From: Felis catus
Lineage: Eukaryota
NCBI RefSeq assembly: GCF_018350175.1
Contig: NC_058375.1
Location: 13,268,001 to 13,332,000, forward strand
Length of the DNA: 64,000 nt
Direction: 5' to 3'
This document shows positions 1 through 12,438 of the stretch, in pieces (within the stretch, counting starts at the first letter, position 1; each line of letters begins with the position of its first letter). A program made the position numbers and the translations under genes. The notes beneath the pieces were generated by a model. That model had not been told where the DNA came from. It ran no database searches and saw nothing but the letters and a program-made list of their open reading frames with translations.

Positions 1-83
1 CTCTGTCTCCTTCTCTCTCTGCCCCTCCCCTGCTGGCTCTCTCTCTCTCTCCTCTCCCAAAAATAAGAAACGTTTTTTAAAAA
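1..83 (+). mobile_element. Can-SINE 3' end (cut by window edge)
   Basis: ctctgcccctcccc, (CT)n, A-rich tail. Confidence 0.85.
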
Positions 84-957
84 TGTGAATGTGGCATTTC
101 CACCGATGCGGGTTGCACCAGTGTGTGTCCGAGATGCGGCTGTTAGAGGCTGGGTGGCGGTGGGCGAGCAAGGCACCACGGGAAAGGCGCAGCTGAACTT
201 GACCCCTTTCCGACCCTTTTCTAGCCGTGTGGCCTTGGGCTAGTCATTTAAATTCTCGGATCTCTGGGGTGCTCGTGGGTCAAATGGAGATAAGAATGCC
301 TACCCGCCCCCCAAGGACCTACATAAGCCACCTAGCAAAATATTTGGCTAAAGGGGATGCTTAGTTTACAAAGACCGCTCCGGCAAGAACTTGCACAGCC
401 ACAGACAGTGACGTGCAGTCAGCACGGAGCGTGTTTTGGAGGGAAACTCGACGGGACCTGCTGAGATGAGCTATATGTGGACTATGCAGAAGCAAACCAA
501 GGGTGACTCCCATTTTTCCAACCGAGCATTTATTCTCAATTGCAATTCTCTTGCAATTCTCTTGCAATATTCTCTCGGGCACTACAGAATCCAAAATATC
601 ATGCCACTCTTCCGCCCCAAACCAGCCGAGCTATTCTCGTCACATAGAACAATCCAAGCCCCGTACGGTGTGCCCGGTCCGCCCGCCAGCTCCTCAGAAC
701 CATCCTCCGGGGCAGCTGCTGCTCCCCACCGTGTTTTAGGTGAAAAGACCAAGCTGGGGGGGGGGTGAAGTGGTACCCGAAGTAGCACGCCCTGTGACGG
801 CAGATTCAGGACTTGGGGCTGACTTGTGGCTCCAGCTCAGACTTACTAAGCCAAGCTCGGTGGGGGCCCGTCCCCTGCGAGGCTGGACAGGTGTTGCTAG
901 AATCGCGCTGCTGTCTACTCTGGCCCTGGTTTTGCAGCGTCCCTCCAGCTTCTGCCT

Positions 958-1335
958 CCACACACGCACACGGACACACACACACCTTTGTGCACACGTG
1001 TGTGCACACGCGCGCATGCACACGGACGCACAGAGACCTACACGCATTCGTGTGCACACACGTGTTGCATACGCTCCGTGCACGTGCACACGTGCACACA
1101 CAGACACCTACACACCTCCGTGCACACACGCACACGTGCACAGACACATGCACGCTGCCGTGTGCACACACACAAGACACGTATGAGCCTTTGCCCGCAC
1201 GCATGTGCTGCAAACACATACATATAGGCGCACACACAGACGCATTCACAACTTCGTACGTGCACACATGTACGCCCACATGTGACGCGCACCCACGCTT
1301 ACATACACACACATGCACACAAGCGCGCACACACC
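958..1335. repeat. Degenerate (CA)n/(RY)n low-complexity tract
   Basis: ~375 bp of cacacg/tgcaca/cacgtg units. Confidence 0.9.
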
Positions 1336-1822
1336 AATCTCCGGCGCCTTACACTCTGAGCGCGGCAGGGGGCTCGGCACGCCAGGCCGAAATAGCCACA
1401 ACTCCTCCCGTGTCTTCAAACCTCGTGGTGCTTGTCTGTTAGTGGAGCCCGGACCTCCAGAACTGCTTCTGCAGAGGTTTTCTCTGAGTCCTCTGCTGGG
1501 GCCGCGATGTTCCCAAGACTCCTCGGGTGGGGTTTGGGGCATCACTGGGGTCCTTCCCAAGGCTCCTCGCGTGGCACCTTGCCGCAGAGACGGACGATGA
1601 ATGCAGCGGGGGGCGCCACGGACCTTTCCCGGGCTGCTCCCTTGGCCTAGTGGTCTCCCTGCCTGGCAGCTAAGGGTGAGGGCCCTAGACCCACACTGCC
1701 CAGGTTCAATCCTGACAAACCCTCCCTCCACCTCCATGCAAACCAGACCAAATAATTCTCAGTCGGTGTCACTGTCTCCTCTCTCCTGGATCCATTGTTC
1801 TGCTTTAAAGCTTATCACAACC

Positions 1823-2043
1823 GGGGCGCCCGGGTGGCTCAGTCGGTTAGGTGTCCGATTTCGGCTCAGGTCATGATCTCACAGTTTGTGAGCTCGACCC
1901 CCGCGTCGGGCTCTGTGCTGATGGCTCAGAGCCTGGAGCCTGCTTCGGATTCTGTGTCTCCCTCTCTCTCTGCCCCTCCCCTGCTCACGCTCTGTTTCTC
2001 TCTCTCCCTCTCAAAAATAAATAAACATTAAAAAAATTTTTTT
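1823..2043 (+). mobile_element. Can-SINE (SINEC_Fc family)
   Basis: ggggcgcc..ggctcagtcggtt head, (CT)n, A tail; TSD aaagctYatcacaacc at 1807-1822 and 2044-2059. Confidence 0.95.
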
Positions 2044-3000
2044 AAAGCTCATCACAACCTATTTAGTGTTTGTTTTGCCTTCAGTCCTCAGCTTTGACCC
2101 CACTTCTTTCTTTCTCCCCTCCAGCCACTCCGGCGTTCCCGCCTGCATAAGTTATACTGCTTCCTCAGGACCTTGGCACATCCCTCTAAGTCAGAAACTC
2201 CGTGTCCAAGAATAAGACATCTCAAGTGAGAGGGGCCAGGCTTGGAACCCAGGCCCTCAGGCTGCCGAGACTGAACCCTACACCACTGCACCCGTGGCCT
2301 CCCTCCTCTCTTCTGCCCTCCCGCGGCGCCATGGATCCCGCCTCCAGGGCATGTCCCTTGGGTGTATAAATATCTGGTGAAGGTCTGTTTCCCCCCGGAC
2401 CGTGAACCAGCTCCACGCAGGCTGGGCTGAGGCGTGTTTTGCTCACACGACACCCCTGATGCCCAGCACTTAGCACTCAGTACACATTTATGAACGAATG
2501 GGTAAATGTCTGCCTGCCTCCGTTACATACGTGATCCCCAGACCCAGGGACCATGTCTTCATCTCTGCATCCCCGGTGCTCAGCCAAGCGCCCAGCCCTG
2601 GAAGTCACCAGCGCGCTCACTGAATTGAAACTGACCGATTTCCAGCACGTTCACCAGCCAGGCTACCTCACGCACCCACTGGCGTGTGAGTAGGCCGACT
2701 ACTACCCCCAAGTACCCCCGCCTGTTGGTGCCTCCGCGCCTTGTTCCTTCTGTTCCTTCTTCCCAGGACGTCTTTCCTCTTTGTCCATCGGCTGGAAACC
2801 TCTTCACAGCCTTCAAGGCCTGGCATAAACAAGCCTCCTCCACCCTCCTCTTGGGGCAGATTTTGGGCTCTCTCCTCCGCAGGCCCACAGCAGGTGCATC
2901 CCAAGGTTGTGCCTTACAGGACGGTCTTGTGATTTTGGTTTTTTCTCCTAAACCATGAGTCTCCTGAGGGCAGAGTCTGTCTTACTGTCTTATTCATTTA

Positions 3001-3191
3001 TTTTTTTTAATGTTTTTATTTATTTTGGGGAGACCGCAAACAGGGGACGGGCAGAGAGAGGGAGACAGAGGATCCAAAGCAGGCTCTGCACTGTCTGCAC
3101 GGAGCCCGATGTGGGGCTCGAACTCACGAACTGCGAGATCATCACCCGAGCCAAAGTCTGACCTTCAGCCGACTGAACCACCCAGGTGCCC
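3001..3191 (-). mobile_element. Can-SINE
   Basis: Reverse-complement SINE body; diverged TSD ctgYcttaYtcattt. Confidence 0.92.
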
Positions 3192-4224
3192 TGCCTTACT
3201 CATTTCTAACCCCGACCCGGGGGCCCTTCCCAGAGAACGTGTGATGCATGAGATGAATAGATACAGCGATTCGGGCTGACCAGCCCTCTGCGCCCTCCTC
3301 CGTGGCCGGCATGCATCTCAGGTTCTAAGGCCTAGGGGTTCTCAGGGGGCGAGTACTGTTGGTTCCAGTCTACGGAGGGGGAAACAGAGAACAGAGAGGT
3401 CAAGTTGCTTGTCCAAGAGTAAAAGAGAAATCCGTCAGCGTTGAGTGGCTGCTGGTGGGAGGGGAGCTGGGAGGCGCCACGTGGTCCCTCCCTCCCTCTG
3501 CACAGAGCGGCCTGGGCTCCCCAGCCTCTGTTCCAGAGCGCACGATGGGCTATGGGGTGCACGGCACCCTGAGAACAGCCCCGAGGAAGAACACTGCTCC
3601 CCAGACATTCCTGGGCACCAAAGCCCGTCTCTGTTTGCGACAACCAGCAAATCCCAGGGCGTGCAGGGGTAAAGACGTGCTTGGGCAGGAATTTGGAGCA
3701 GCCGAGAGGGCAGGAGGAGGGCTCTCTGGGAAGCCTAGGTGGCAGGTCACGATCTGTCCTCATGGGGATGCCAAGTCCCACAGAGCTCCCCATCCTGGGT
3801 GTATTTACAGGCCCAGGTGGTGAGGGACGAGGGCCGGTAGCCCAGTTTCCAGAATCTAAGCGGGTTCAGGACAATCTACCTTTGCTGCCGGATGGGGCGG
3901 GGCCGGGCCACGCAGGGACCGCGCGGGTACGAAGACAGGAGTTGGCATGGGCAAGCTGAGTGTCTCTTTCACTAGAGAAAATGAGCCTGGGACAAAGGGA
4001 CACAGAAAACGGGGACAAACAAAACGTGAGCAGCTTTGCCCGAAGGCTCCCTTGACTCTCAGACCCCCCACGACTCCCTTCCACCTTCGGTGCCAGCCTC
4101 CTTCGGTGCCAGGCAGAGCGGGTGCCAAGCAAGGTCGGGTGCCTTTGCGAGGTGGGGGCTGCTTGCAGAGAGACAGGGGCCCCAGGCCTCCCTCACTTGA
4201 CATTTCTCTGCACCTCCCGCCTTC

Positions 4225-4700
4225 ACATCCTCACGCTGCTGTCCCGAACCACGGAGGACAAAGTGGCTTTAACAACACGAATGTATGATCCTACAGTCCT
4301 GGAGGTCAGCGGGCCGACACGAGTCTCACGGGGCCAAAGTCAAGGTGTCAGCGGGGGCACCAGGGAGGATCTGCTTTCTTGCGTTTTTCTAGATTTGAGA
4401 CGCTGCCCACACTGCTTGGCTGGTGGCCCCTTCCTCCGTGTGCAGAGCTCACAGTGGCCAGCCGGGTCTCTCTCGAGCCTCTTTATTGTGACACTGACCT
4501 TCCCGCCTCCCTCGTCCGCTTCTAAGGGCCCTTGCCATCACCTTGAGCCCCACCCCCCAGAAAATCCCGGGTAATCTCTCTACTTTAAGGTGAGCCGGTC
4601 CACAATTTTTATTGCATCATCTGCAGACCTAACCTAACGGTCACAAGTTCCAGGGTTTAGGATGGGGACGTCTTTGGGGGGCCCTTACTCTGCTAGCACA
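4225..4700. mobile_element. MaLR solo LTR (MLT1C/D-like)
   Basis: gtggctttaacaacac..cagtcctggaggtcag..gtctcacggggccaaagtcaaggtgtcagc and end gacgtctttggggggccc..caca resemble the recalled MLT1 consensus. Confidence 0.7.
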
Positions 4701-4911
4701 CCTGTCACCCAGAGGCAGCCACTACCTGGGGGGCACGTCCTGGGTGGCAGGCAGCTTCACACAGTCATTTCCTTCCTTCCTCCCAACAGCCCCAGGAGGT
4801 CAGGGGTATCACCCCTCTTTCCCGAGGAAGCGACCGTGGGAGAGCCGGGCCACCTGTGACTGGTGGGGGCCTGGGGCACTTCTGCCTTCTTTCATTAAAA
4901 AAAAGCTTTAA

Positions 4912-5126
4912 GGGGCGCCTGGGTGGCTCAGTTGGTTAAGTGTCCGACTCCTGATTTCTGCTCAGGTCATGATCTCCCGGTTCATGAGTTCGAGCCCCAC
5001 ATCGGGCTCTGCACGGATGGTGTGGAACCTGTTTGGGATTCTCTCTCTCTCCCTCTTTCCGCCCCTCCCCTGCTCATGCTCTCTCTCTCTCTCTCAAAAT
5101 AAATAAATAAAACTTAAAAAAAAAAA
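4912..5126 (+). mobile_element. Can-SINE
   Basis: Full head, (CT)n, A tail; TSD-like aaaa(g)gctttaa. Confidence 0.95.
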
Positions 5127-5235
5127 GGCTTTAAAAACCATGTTTTATGGCTGTACTGGTATAGGCATGATAAGCATGAATATAACCAGGCTGGATTATA
5201 TTCTTCTCTTATTTCTGATTTAAAAAAGAAATGAA

Positions 5236-5443
5236 GGGGCGCCTGGGTGGCTCAGTTGGTTGAGCGTCCGACTTCGGCTCAGGTCATGATCTCACGGTCC
5301 GTGGGTTCGAGCCCCGCGTCGGGCTCTGTGCTGACAGCTCGGAGCCTGGAGACTGTTTCAGATTCTGTGTCTCCTTCTCTCTCTCCGACCCTTCCCCGTT
5401 CACGCTCTCTCTCTCTCTCTGTCTCAAAAATAAATGAACGTTA
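5236..5443 (+). mobile_element. Can-SINE
   Basis: Perfect TSD aaaaaagaaatgaa. Confidence 0.95.
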
Positions 5444-8400
5444 AAAAAAGAAATGAAAACATTTCATGGGCCCCTAAGAGTGCCGTGGGCTCTCAGCACT
5501 GTGTCCACGGTGCCAGATGGAGAAGTAGACCTTGGAGACTGGCAAAGGGATGCCCACGGGCACATGGCCAGGAGGGGGCAGAGCCAGGGGTCACGCCTGG
5601 GGCTCCTCTGACGACAGGGCTCACTTCTCCAATTAGCCCACCACTCCATTAGTATCCAAACGACTCCGAGACATCGGACTCAGAGCCACACGAACACTTA
5701 AGATTATTTGGCCAGAGGCTCTCATTTTAGGGAGATCCGTGTGCCCAGAGAGGGATTACAACGTTCTCAGGGACACACAGCAAGTCAGTGCTGGAGCCAG
5801 GATGAGGTCCTGGTCTCCCGACTGTCCACCAGGGGCTCGTCCCTAGCCCTCTCTTTCTTCCGTGTACCAACCGCTCTGACCTGAGAAGGAGCCCAGCTCC
5901 TCCCCCACCCTACACGCACACACTCATACACATAAGCACAGCCCTCTCTCTGTGGTCACGCACGCAATGCCAGTGTAAACCTTGGCCACTGCTGTGTTGA
6001 CCGCTCTTTATGTTGTGACCCGGTTAGGAACCGCCCAATGTACTCATGTCACACACGGGGAAACTGAGGCCGGGCCAGGAGGGGTCTGACCCAAAGCCAC
6101 TCTGCAGATTACCAGGAGCGCCAGCACTCTAGCCCAGTTCCCCAATCCCGTGCTCTCTGCCCTGCGGCCACCTCGCCCACACAGATTCTCTGCAGTTTAT
6201 CACAGATGTCACGCTCCAGCCTGAGGGCCCCCCTCTGCCCTCACCCAGCCCACAGGGGCAACAGAAGACCGTGCGACCAGAAGGTTCCGCAAGAGCAGTT
6301 GCCAAGTCCTCAGCGTCTAGACTTGGCACAGGGGCTGCCTCCGGCTCAGACCCAGAACAAGAAAAACCAGTTCCAGGAGGCCACCTTCCTGCCCTGACTT
6401 CTACGTCTGCAGTGGTTCGTTGCCCAGGCTGGGGGCACTGGGCTGTGCCTGGGGTTCAGGCTGCACGCTGCAGGGTGGCAGTGCCCCCGACCAGAGACCT
6501 CTGGTTTCCCGCTGCACGTCATTGGTCCCCTCTGAGCCTCAGTTTCCCCACCTAGGCATGACATTCTGTACCTGCCTCTCAGGGTTGCTGTTGCCCTGGA
6601 TGGGTGCATGGCACTTGGTGAAAGCAAGGTCAATGTCATGACTTTCACTGTAAGCATTAATGACAGTTATGGTGATATATGAAGGAGCCAGCGCTTAAGC
6701 TGGACCCTGAAGGCTGGGCGGTACGGTGGGGCTGGCAAAGGACCATCACAGCTCCCTAGGGCAGGGCCAGGAGCCAAGGCCAGAGAGGAAGCAAAGACTG
6801 GGGCCCCAACTAGAGACCCCTGGCGGCCCCCAGCATCTCAGATCTTTCACCTGCTGTCTCTGCAGGGTCCCACTGGGAGAATGTACCTTCAAGATCTTGG
6901 TCACAGGGGAGAATTTCCAACTTCCCACCCATGTTACAGATGGGAAAACTGAGACCCAGAGAACAGGAGTTACCTCCCCAACGACACACGACTATTTTAC
7001 AACGCCAGGACTCATACCCAGTGCCACCTGACTTTTGAAGGAAATGATTGATCACAATCCTTCCACTCGGCTCTCCTAGGAACGGTGTTTTTTCTTGTCT
7101 TCTGTTTTACTTCCAAGCCTTATCTGCCATCTAACTCAACACAATTGACTTGTCCCTGTAGCCCCGAGGATAGCTCAGGGACAGCACGGATTGCGGGGCT
7201 CAGAGAGGGCAGCCAGCTCCAGTCCCCTGTGTCACTCTTGTCACCCTGACGTAGCCCCAGCTCTGGCCACGATCATCCCAGCCCATTCCTGCCCATCCCA
7301 GCCCATGCTCATTCCTACCTCAGAGCCTTTGCACAGCTCTTCTATCCCCACCCTCCATCCCCCAGAACGCCTTCCTTGGGCAATTACTTTTCGAAGCCAC
7401 ATCCCCTCCTTCCAGATTCAGCCCCTTCCGGCCTTCCCGGATGGTTCTTGGCCCTGAAGATACCAGCTCATCGCCCCTCGGTATTTAAACAAATTAAAGG
7501 CTCAATCGGCTGTATTCTCATTTGCTCTTGTCCACACGGTGACTTGTCTCTTCTCATTTATTCATTTGTGTATTCAACAGGTGTTTATGGAGGACCGACT
7601 ATGAGCCAGACATTCCCCACACGCACAGCCTGCCCTCCAGATGCGAACCCTCTCGTGGAGAGGGAGTCCCACGGGACCTCACTGCACTTGTTAGGTGCTG
7701 AGCGTCGCTGGGGGTTGAGCAGGGGCCTTTGTCTTTGGGGGCCTTCCCAGCCAGGCACCTTGCCAGCTAGGAAAGGGTCTCTCCCATCGCTGCCAGCACT
7801 GCTTAGACACAACTTGCACCCCCCCGGTGGCCACCGGGTTGGGTGGACCGCAATCCCAGCTCTGCCACCTTTGAGCTGAGAGATTTGGACAGGGTCCCCT
7901 CCCTTGGGGGCCTCAGTCCCTCTTTTGTGAAATAGCTCTAGGGGCTCCTAGCTCACCGGTTTGCTGTGGGATGGGGGCAGCATCCTGCGAGCGCCCGGGG
8001 CGGGGGAGGGACAGTTGCAAGGGGCGGGGTCCCTGAGCTCACCTCGGTGCGAAAGCAATGGCACTGGCGCATGGGTCCCCTCTGCGTGGATTTGGGGGTG
8101 TCACCTCCTTTTGTGCGGTCTCTGTGTAGCACGAGAGGGTCTGACCGTGGGCATCCAAGGTCCCTTTCAGCTCTGGGAGGCTCTGATGACCAGCAAAGTG
8201 AGCCCGCTGCGTAGAAACCGTGGGCTTCGAGGCTCTGCCCTGAGAGATTTGTGCTTCGTCTGTCCCCCCTGGGCTCTCGGGCAGCAATGGACATGGAAAC
8301 AACGCCTCTGAAGAGGGAGAATGAAAGAACCAGCCTTCACCTGTCGCCAGGCTAGAGGAACATGAAGCAAAACCATTCGGCAAAGAGCCCCACCGCCTTG

Positions 8401-9881
8401 CATCACGGAGCCCGGGGTACAGGGCTGGGACACAGTCTTTAAATTATAGCACCTGGGAAATTAGAACTCAGAACAGAAAAGAACCGTGCCCCTGGGAAGC
8501 AGGGGAGGGAGGGACAGAAATAAGGGGGTCACACGCGGGGGACGTGAACAAGGCACGATTTATGCTCTCCCTTCTACAAACTGGAAATGTCCCCTCTCCT
8601 CCTCCCGGTTCCTAGTGACTGCTGATGCAGGGCACCCCACACCCTGCATTATTTGGAATCTTCTAGTCAAGGGACGTCCTTCTTTGGTTCAGTCTATCTT
8701 AAGTTCCAGAACTCATGTGCTCGCCAAGTCATTCCCGCCCAGATGGAGACTAATGCTGGCCACTTCCACATCCCATGCGCTTTCAAGCTCTTAGAACAAT
8801 TCCTCCACCTCGTGCTATTAATTACGGTCCCCGGCCTCAGGGCCTTTGCACTGTGGGTCCTCTGCTTCAACTGTCCTTTCCCTACCTTGCTTACCTGTCA
8901 AATCCCTTAAGACTCAAGCTCTGGGAAGCCCTCCTCCCCCAAAGCCCTGGCTCTTTCCTCCTTGTTTCCATAGTAGCTGAGCATTTGCTCTGCTGTGATC
9001 CTTCCCCACTAGTGTGTTTCTGGAGGGCCCAGCTGGGCCTAAAAGGGCAGAGGGCAGGATATGTGTAGGTGTGAGGCTGCGTGTGCCAGGTGAGTAGGTT
9101 TGAGCCTCTTTGGTGGAACACGGGGGCTGCCTATGCCACAGGGCTGTGCAAAGACTCAATGATGGAGAATATGGCTGGCACATAGTAGGTGCTCAGTGAA
9201 GCGGTTTGTCATCCATTTGTCTCTGCCTCCCCAAAGCCAGGCCCGGGTCTGGCCCCTAGCACCCTATGGATGCTTGGGGCACGGCCTCCATCCCCTGGCC
9301 CTGGTTTTCCTGGCTGCCTGTGCTGCATTCTCCCCTCCCCCCTCCCCCTGGGGCTTGGCTGGGACCCGCTCTCCACCTTCTGCACCAGGGCGGCTGTCTC
9401 TTTTCAGAGCATTGATTTGCAATCAGCCTCAGCAGCTCTAATGGGCCAGCGAGGCCCCTGGCTGCGCTGAGTTAGCTCCATTTAGAGGCTCAGAGCTGTG
9501 GAACACAAACCTGTCCTGCCTCTCGAGGTCTGGCATCAGCTCTCTGGTGTCTGGGAGAGACGAGAGTCAGCTGGGGACCCAGGGCTGCCGCGGCTCCTCT
9601 CCCACAGCCCCTCCCTGCCGGCTCAGGGCTCAGCCACACCCCCGCCAGGCCCCCAGCCCCTCCAACCCCACTCTCTGCTGGACCTGCATGGGCTGGAGGG
9701 GGTCTCTGCTTCTCTCCTTCCTGGAGAACACAGGATGTTGGGGCCCAAAGAAAAGCTGGTCCTCAGTGCACTTGAACTCACTGATCACCGTGACAATGTA
9801 TATAGTAGCAGGTTTTATTGGTCCCATTTTACAAATAAAGAAATTGAGCTCAGAGGTCACACAGCAGTGCTTTCTAAACTT

Positions 9882-10056
9882 NNNNNNNNNNNNNNNNNNN
9901 NNNNNNNNNNNNNNNNNNNNNNNNNNNNNNNNNNNNNNNNNNNNNNNNNNNNNNNNNNNNNNNNNNNNNNNNNNNNNNNNNNNNNNNNNNNNNNNNNNNN
10001 NNNNNNNNNNNNNNNNNNNNNNNNNNNNNNNNNNNNNNNNNNNNNNNNNNNNNNNN
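9882..10056. other. Assembly gap (175 N)
   Basis: Run of N. Confidence 1.
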
Positions 10057-10789
10057 AGCACACATTTCAAAACATACCATCTTGAGCTGGCTTATTTCTT
10101 ACCCCCAAAACCAATCCAATGTATCCTTTTTAAAGCTCAGTATGCGTCTTCCCCTAATGCAGGGATTTCTTAACAAGGACTCCAAGGGCAGACGGTCCAG
10201 AATTTGCATGTGAAATAGTATTTGTATATGCATTTTTCTAACAGGGTCTCTAACTTCCAGGGGATCCTCAGAGGGACCCGGGAGACCCAGAAAGAGTAAA
10301 GAACCACGCCCTGGCTGGAGTCCCTGTAGAGAAGGTCCAGTTTTGATCTGGGGTTTTGTGGAAGTGAACAGAACAGCAGAGATGTGGGAAAGAAGGCCAT
10401 GAGTGGGGGAAATGGCCCGTGCGACAGCAGGGACGAGGGGACAGTAAACGGATGAGCTTGGCTGGAGCAGAACGGGTGTTTGGGAGCAGTGACAAATGAG
10501 GTTGGGCCGTCAAAGGGACCTTGGAGAACTGGCCAAGGCATTTAGATTTGATAGGGGAGGCCACGGGGAGCCACAGGACATCCTGGAGCCTGTAGGTGGC
10601 AGCACAGGAAGGGGGGCTGCAGAAGAGGTGGCAGAGAGTTGGGGGGGGCAGTGGGAGCCACGAGCTGCTAAGATGGGGCTCCAGGGACAGCCTGACTCAG
10701 GGAGCTCGCCGTTCCGGGAAGGGCACGCAGGGCCGGCGACTGTCAGGAGTACCACGGGAGGAGGAGGGGCTGGAAGCAAGGCCTTAGAC

Positions 10790-10960
10790 ATAAAGCTTCC
10801 TGGTTGGGTCCTCAGGTCGGTCATTTCCTAGCTGTGTGGCTCTGGGCAAGTAACCTAACCCTTCTGAGTCTCCTCGTCAAAAGGGATAACTCCACCTGCT
10901 CGGTAAGGTTGTGGAAATTGACTTAGATGAGAAACGGTCTCTGGAGCATTTCAGGCAAGA
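10790..10960 (+). mobile_element. MIR fragment (others near 220-350, 6040-6120, 6510-6660, 6930-7000, 7840-7940, 15720-15830, 24400-24520, 26700-26870, 41910-42170, 63500-63600)
   Basis: Core motifs tagctgtgtg..ctctgggcaagtaacctaacc and ctgagcctcagtttcc / ggaaactgaggc. Confidence 0.65.
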
Positions 10961-12246
10961 CACGCTTCCAGCCCTCGACCATGATGGGTTCTCTTCTGAC
11001 CCATCAACATAGTCTATAAACACCAACCCCTGCCACGCACCTGCACCAGGTGCCCTCCTTGGCGTCCTAAGGTGTTTCTGACCATAACCCCACAGGCAGA
11101 GGGCATCACGCCCATTTGACAGAGAAGAAAACTGAGGCACAGAGATTTCGACAATCAGAGTCCGTGGTGATGTCTATTAAGGTTATTGTGAGAACTCAGA
11201 GGTCAGAGGGTCCGTGACAAAGGTGTGACCTCTCTCTGACACAGGGTGGGAGAAGCCACACTCCCTTGAGGGGATTCAAGGTCATACAGCTGGGATTGTG
11301 GGTGGGCGGGGTACTCTCCGAGCATTTACAGTGCTTCCTGTAGCGATCTGGCTCACAGGAGGATTCTGACTTTTTGAGGCTGGGGCGGGGCCTGCTATCC
11401 TGTTCCATAACAAGGGTTTCTGGAAAGTGGCTTTGGGGTAAAACAGATTTAGCCTCAGGCAAGACACTGAGCCTCAGTTTCCTCACCTCTAGGATGGGTC
11501 TTGCCCCCCCTGCAGGGCTGGTGCAAAATGGAAGGAGATGGGGCCCGCAACCCCGGCAGAGCCCAGGGCCTGACACAGAGTGGGTGCCCCCAAACAACGG
11601 CTATTATTACTTCTACTATTATTGGCCCTGGGGCCTCTGTGAAAGCTCTACCCTGAATGCAGGCGGCGGGTACGCCTCATACTTAACCCTCAGGACGCTC
11701 CCTCTGCCTCCACTCACCCCACCCCAGAGCAAGAATCAGGATGCACTCTGCCATCTCAAACGGCACCCAGGAACTGTTTCACGTTCAATTTCCCCATCAA
11801 ATTCACAGGCACGTATCACATGCCATTATTCTACTTCCTAATGGTCTATGCAGTGGAATCGTAAGTAGGACATTTCTTCATGCCCTTGGCATTCCCGACT
11901 CTTTGAAACTCCCTTTCCAGGCCTAATCTCCTTTCTGGTGACTGCAGCACGACACATGATGGCCAAAATCCGGGCAGCACCCAGCCCCGGCCTCTGCTGG
12001 TCCCAGAACGTAAAGGAACAACAGTGACGCATCTCCTTGGAAAGCAGTGTTAGCCTCCCTTGGGTTTCTGTGGGGGTCAACCGTGGCAGTAGACAGGAGG
12101 GGAGGCTGGATGGGTGCACGGCCAAGGTCAAAGACAAGAGTGACCTGAGTCCCGTCTCCGTACTGCTCACAAGCTGTGGGGCCTGGGGGCAAGATCACCT
12201 CCCCTCTTGGGAGCTTCAGTGCCCTCATCTATAGAAAAAGGTGACA

Positions 12247-12438
12247 GGGGCGGGGGCGGGGGTGGTTGGGACTTGGTCGGTTGAGCATCTGACTCTTGAT
12301 TTTAGCTCAGGTCATGATCTCAGGGTCCTGGGATCGAGTCCCACATCAGGCTCCACACGGAGCATGCAGCCTGCTTAAGATTCTCTCTCTGTCAAATAAA
12401 AAATAAAATAAAATAAAATAAAATAAAATAAAATAAAA
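12247..12438 (+). mobile_element. Older Can-SINE with (AAAAT)n tail, inserted in a MIR
   Basis: tggtcggttgagcatctgactcttgattttagctcaggtcatgatc body; (AAAAT)n tail. Confidence 0.88.

Larger units (their letters stand above)
4845..5534. mobile_element. hAT-Tip100-like MITE (ORSL-like) split by two Can-SINEs
   Basis: Pieces around the SINEs match the second copy at 59325-59512 (ttctga.tttt.aaagaaat.aa; gcactgtg...gtgcc.gatggagaagt). Family name from memory. Confidence 0.55.

Noticed and set aside
540-568. ttgcaattctc x2.6 mini tandem repeat (also (TTATATATTC)-like repeat at 53458-53497)
   Set aside because: Ordinary slippage duplications; no spacers, so not CRISPR-like, and no evidence of function.
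736-1442. Overlapping His/Thr/Cys/Val-rich ORFs
   Set aside because: Translations of the CA-repeat tract.
5247-5444. Recurring ORFs of the type MAQSVKRPTSAQVMIS... throughout the window
   Set aside because: Translations of Can-SINE consensus, not a gene family.
9498-10173. Long ORFs spanning X runs
   Set aside because: Artefacts of the N gap.
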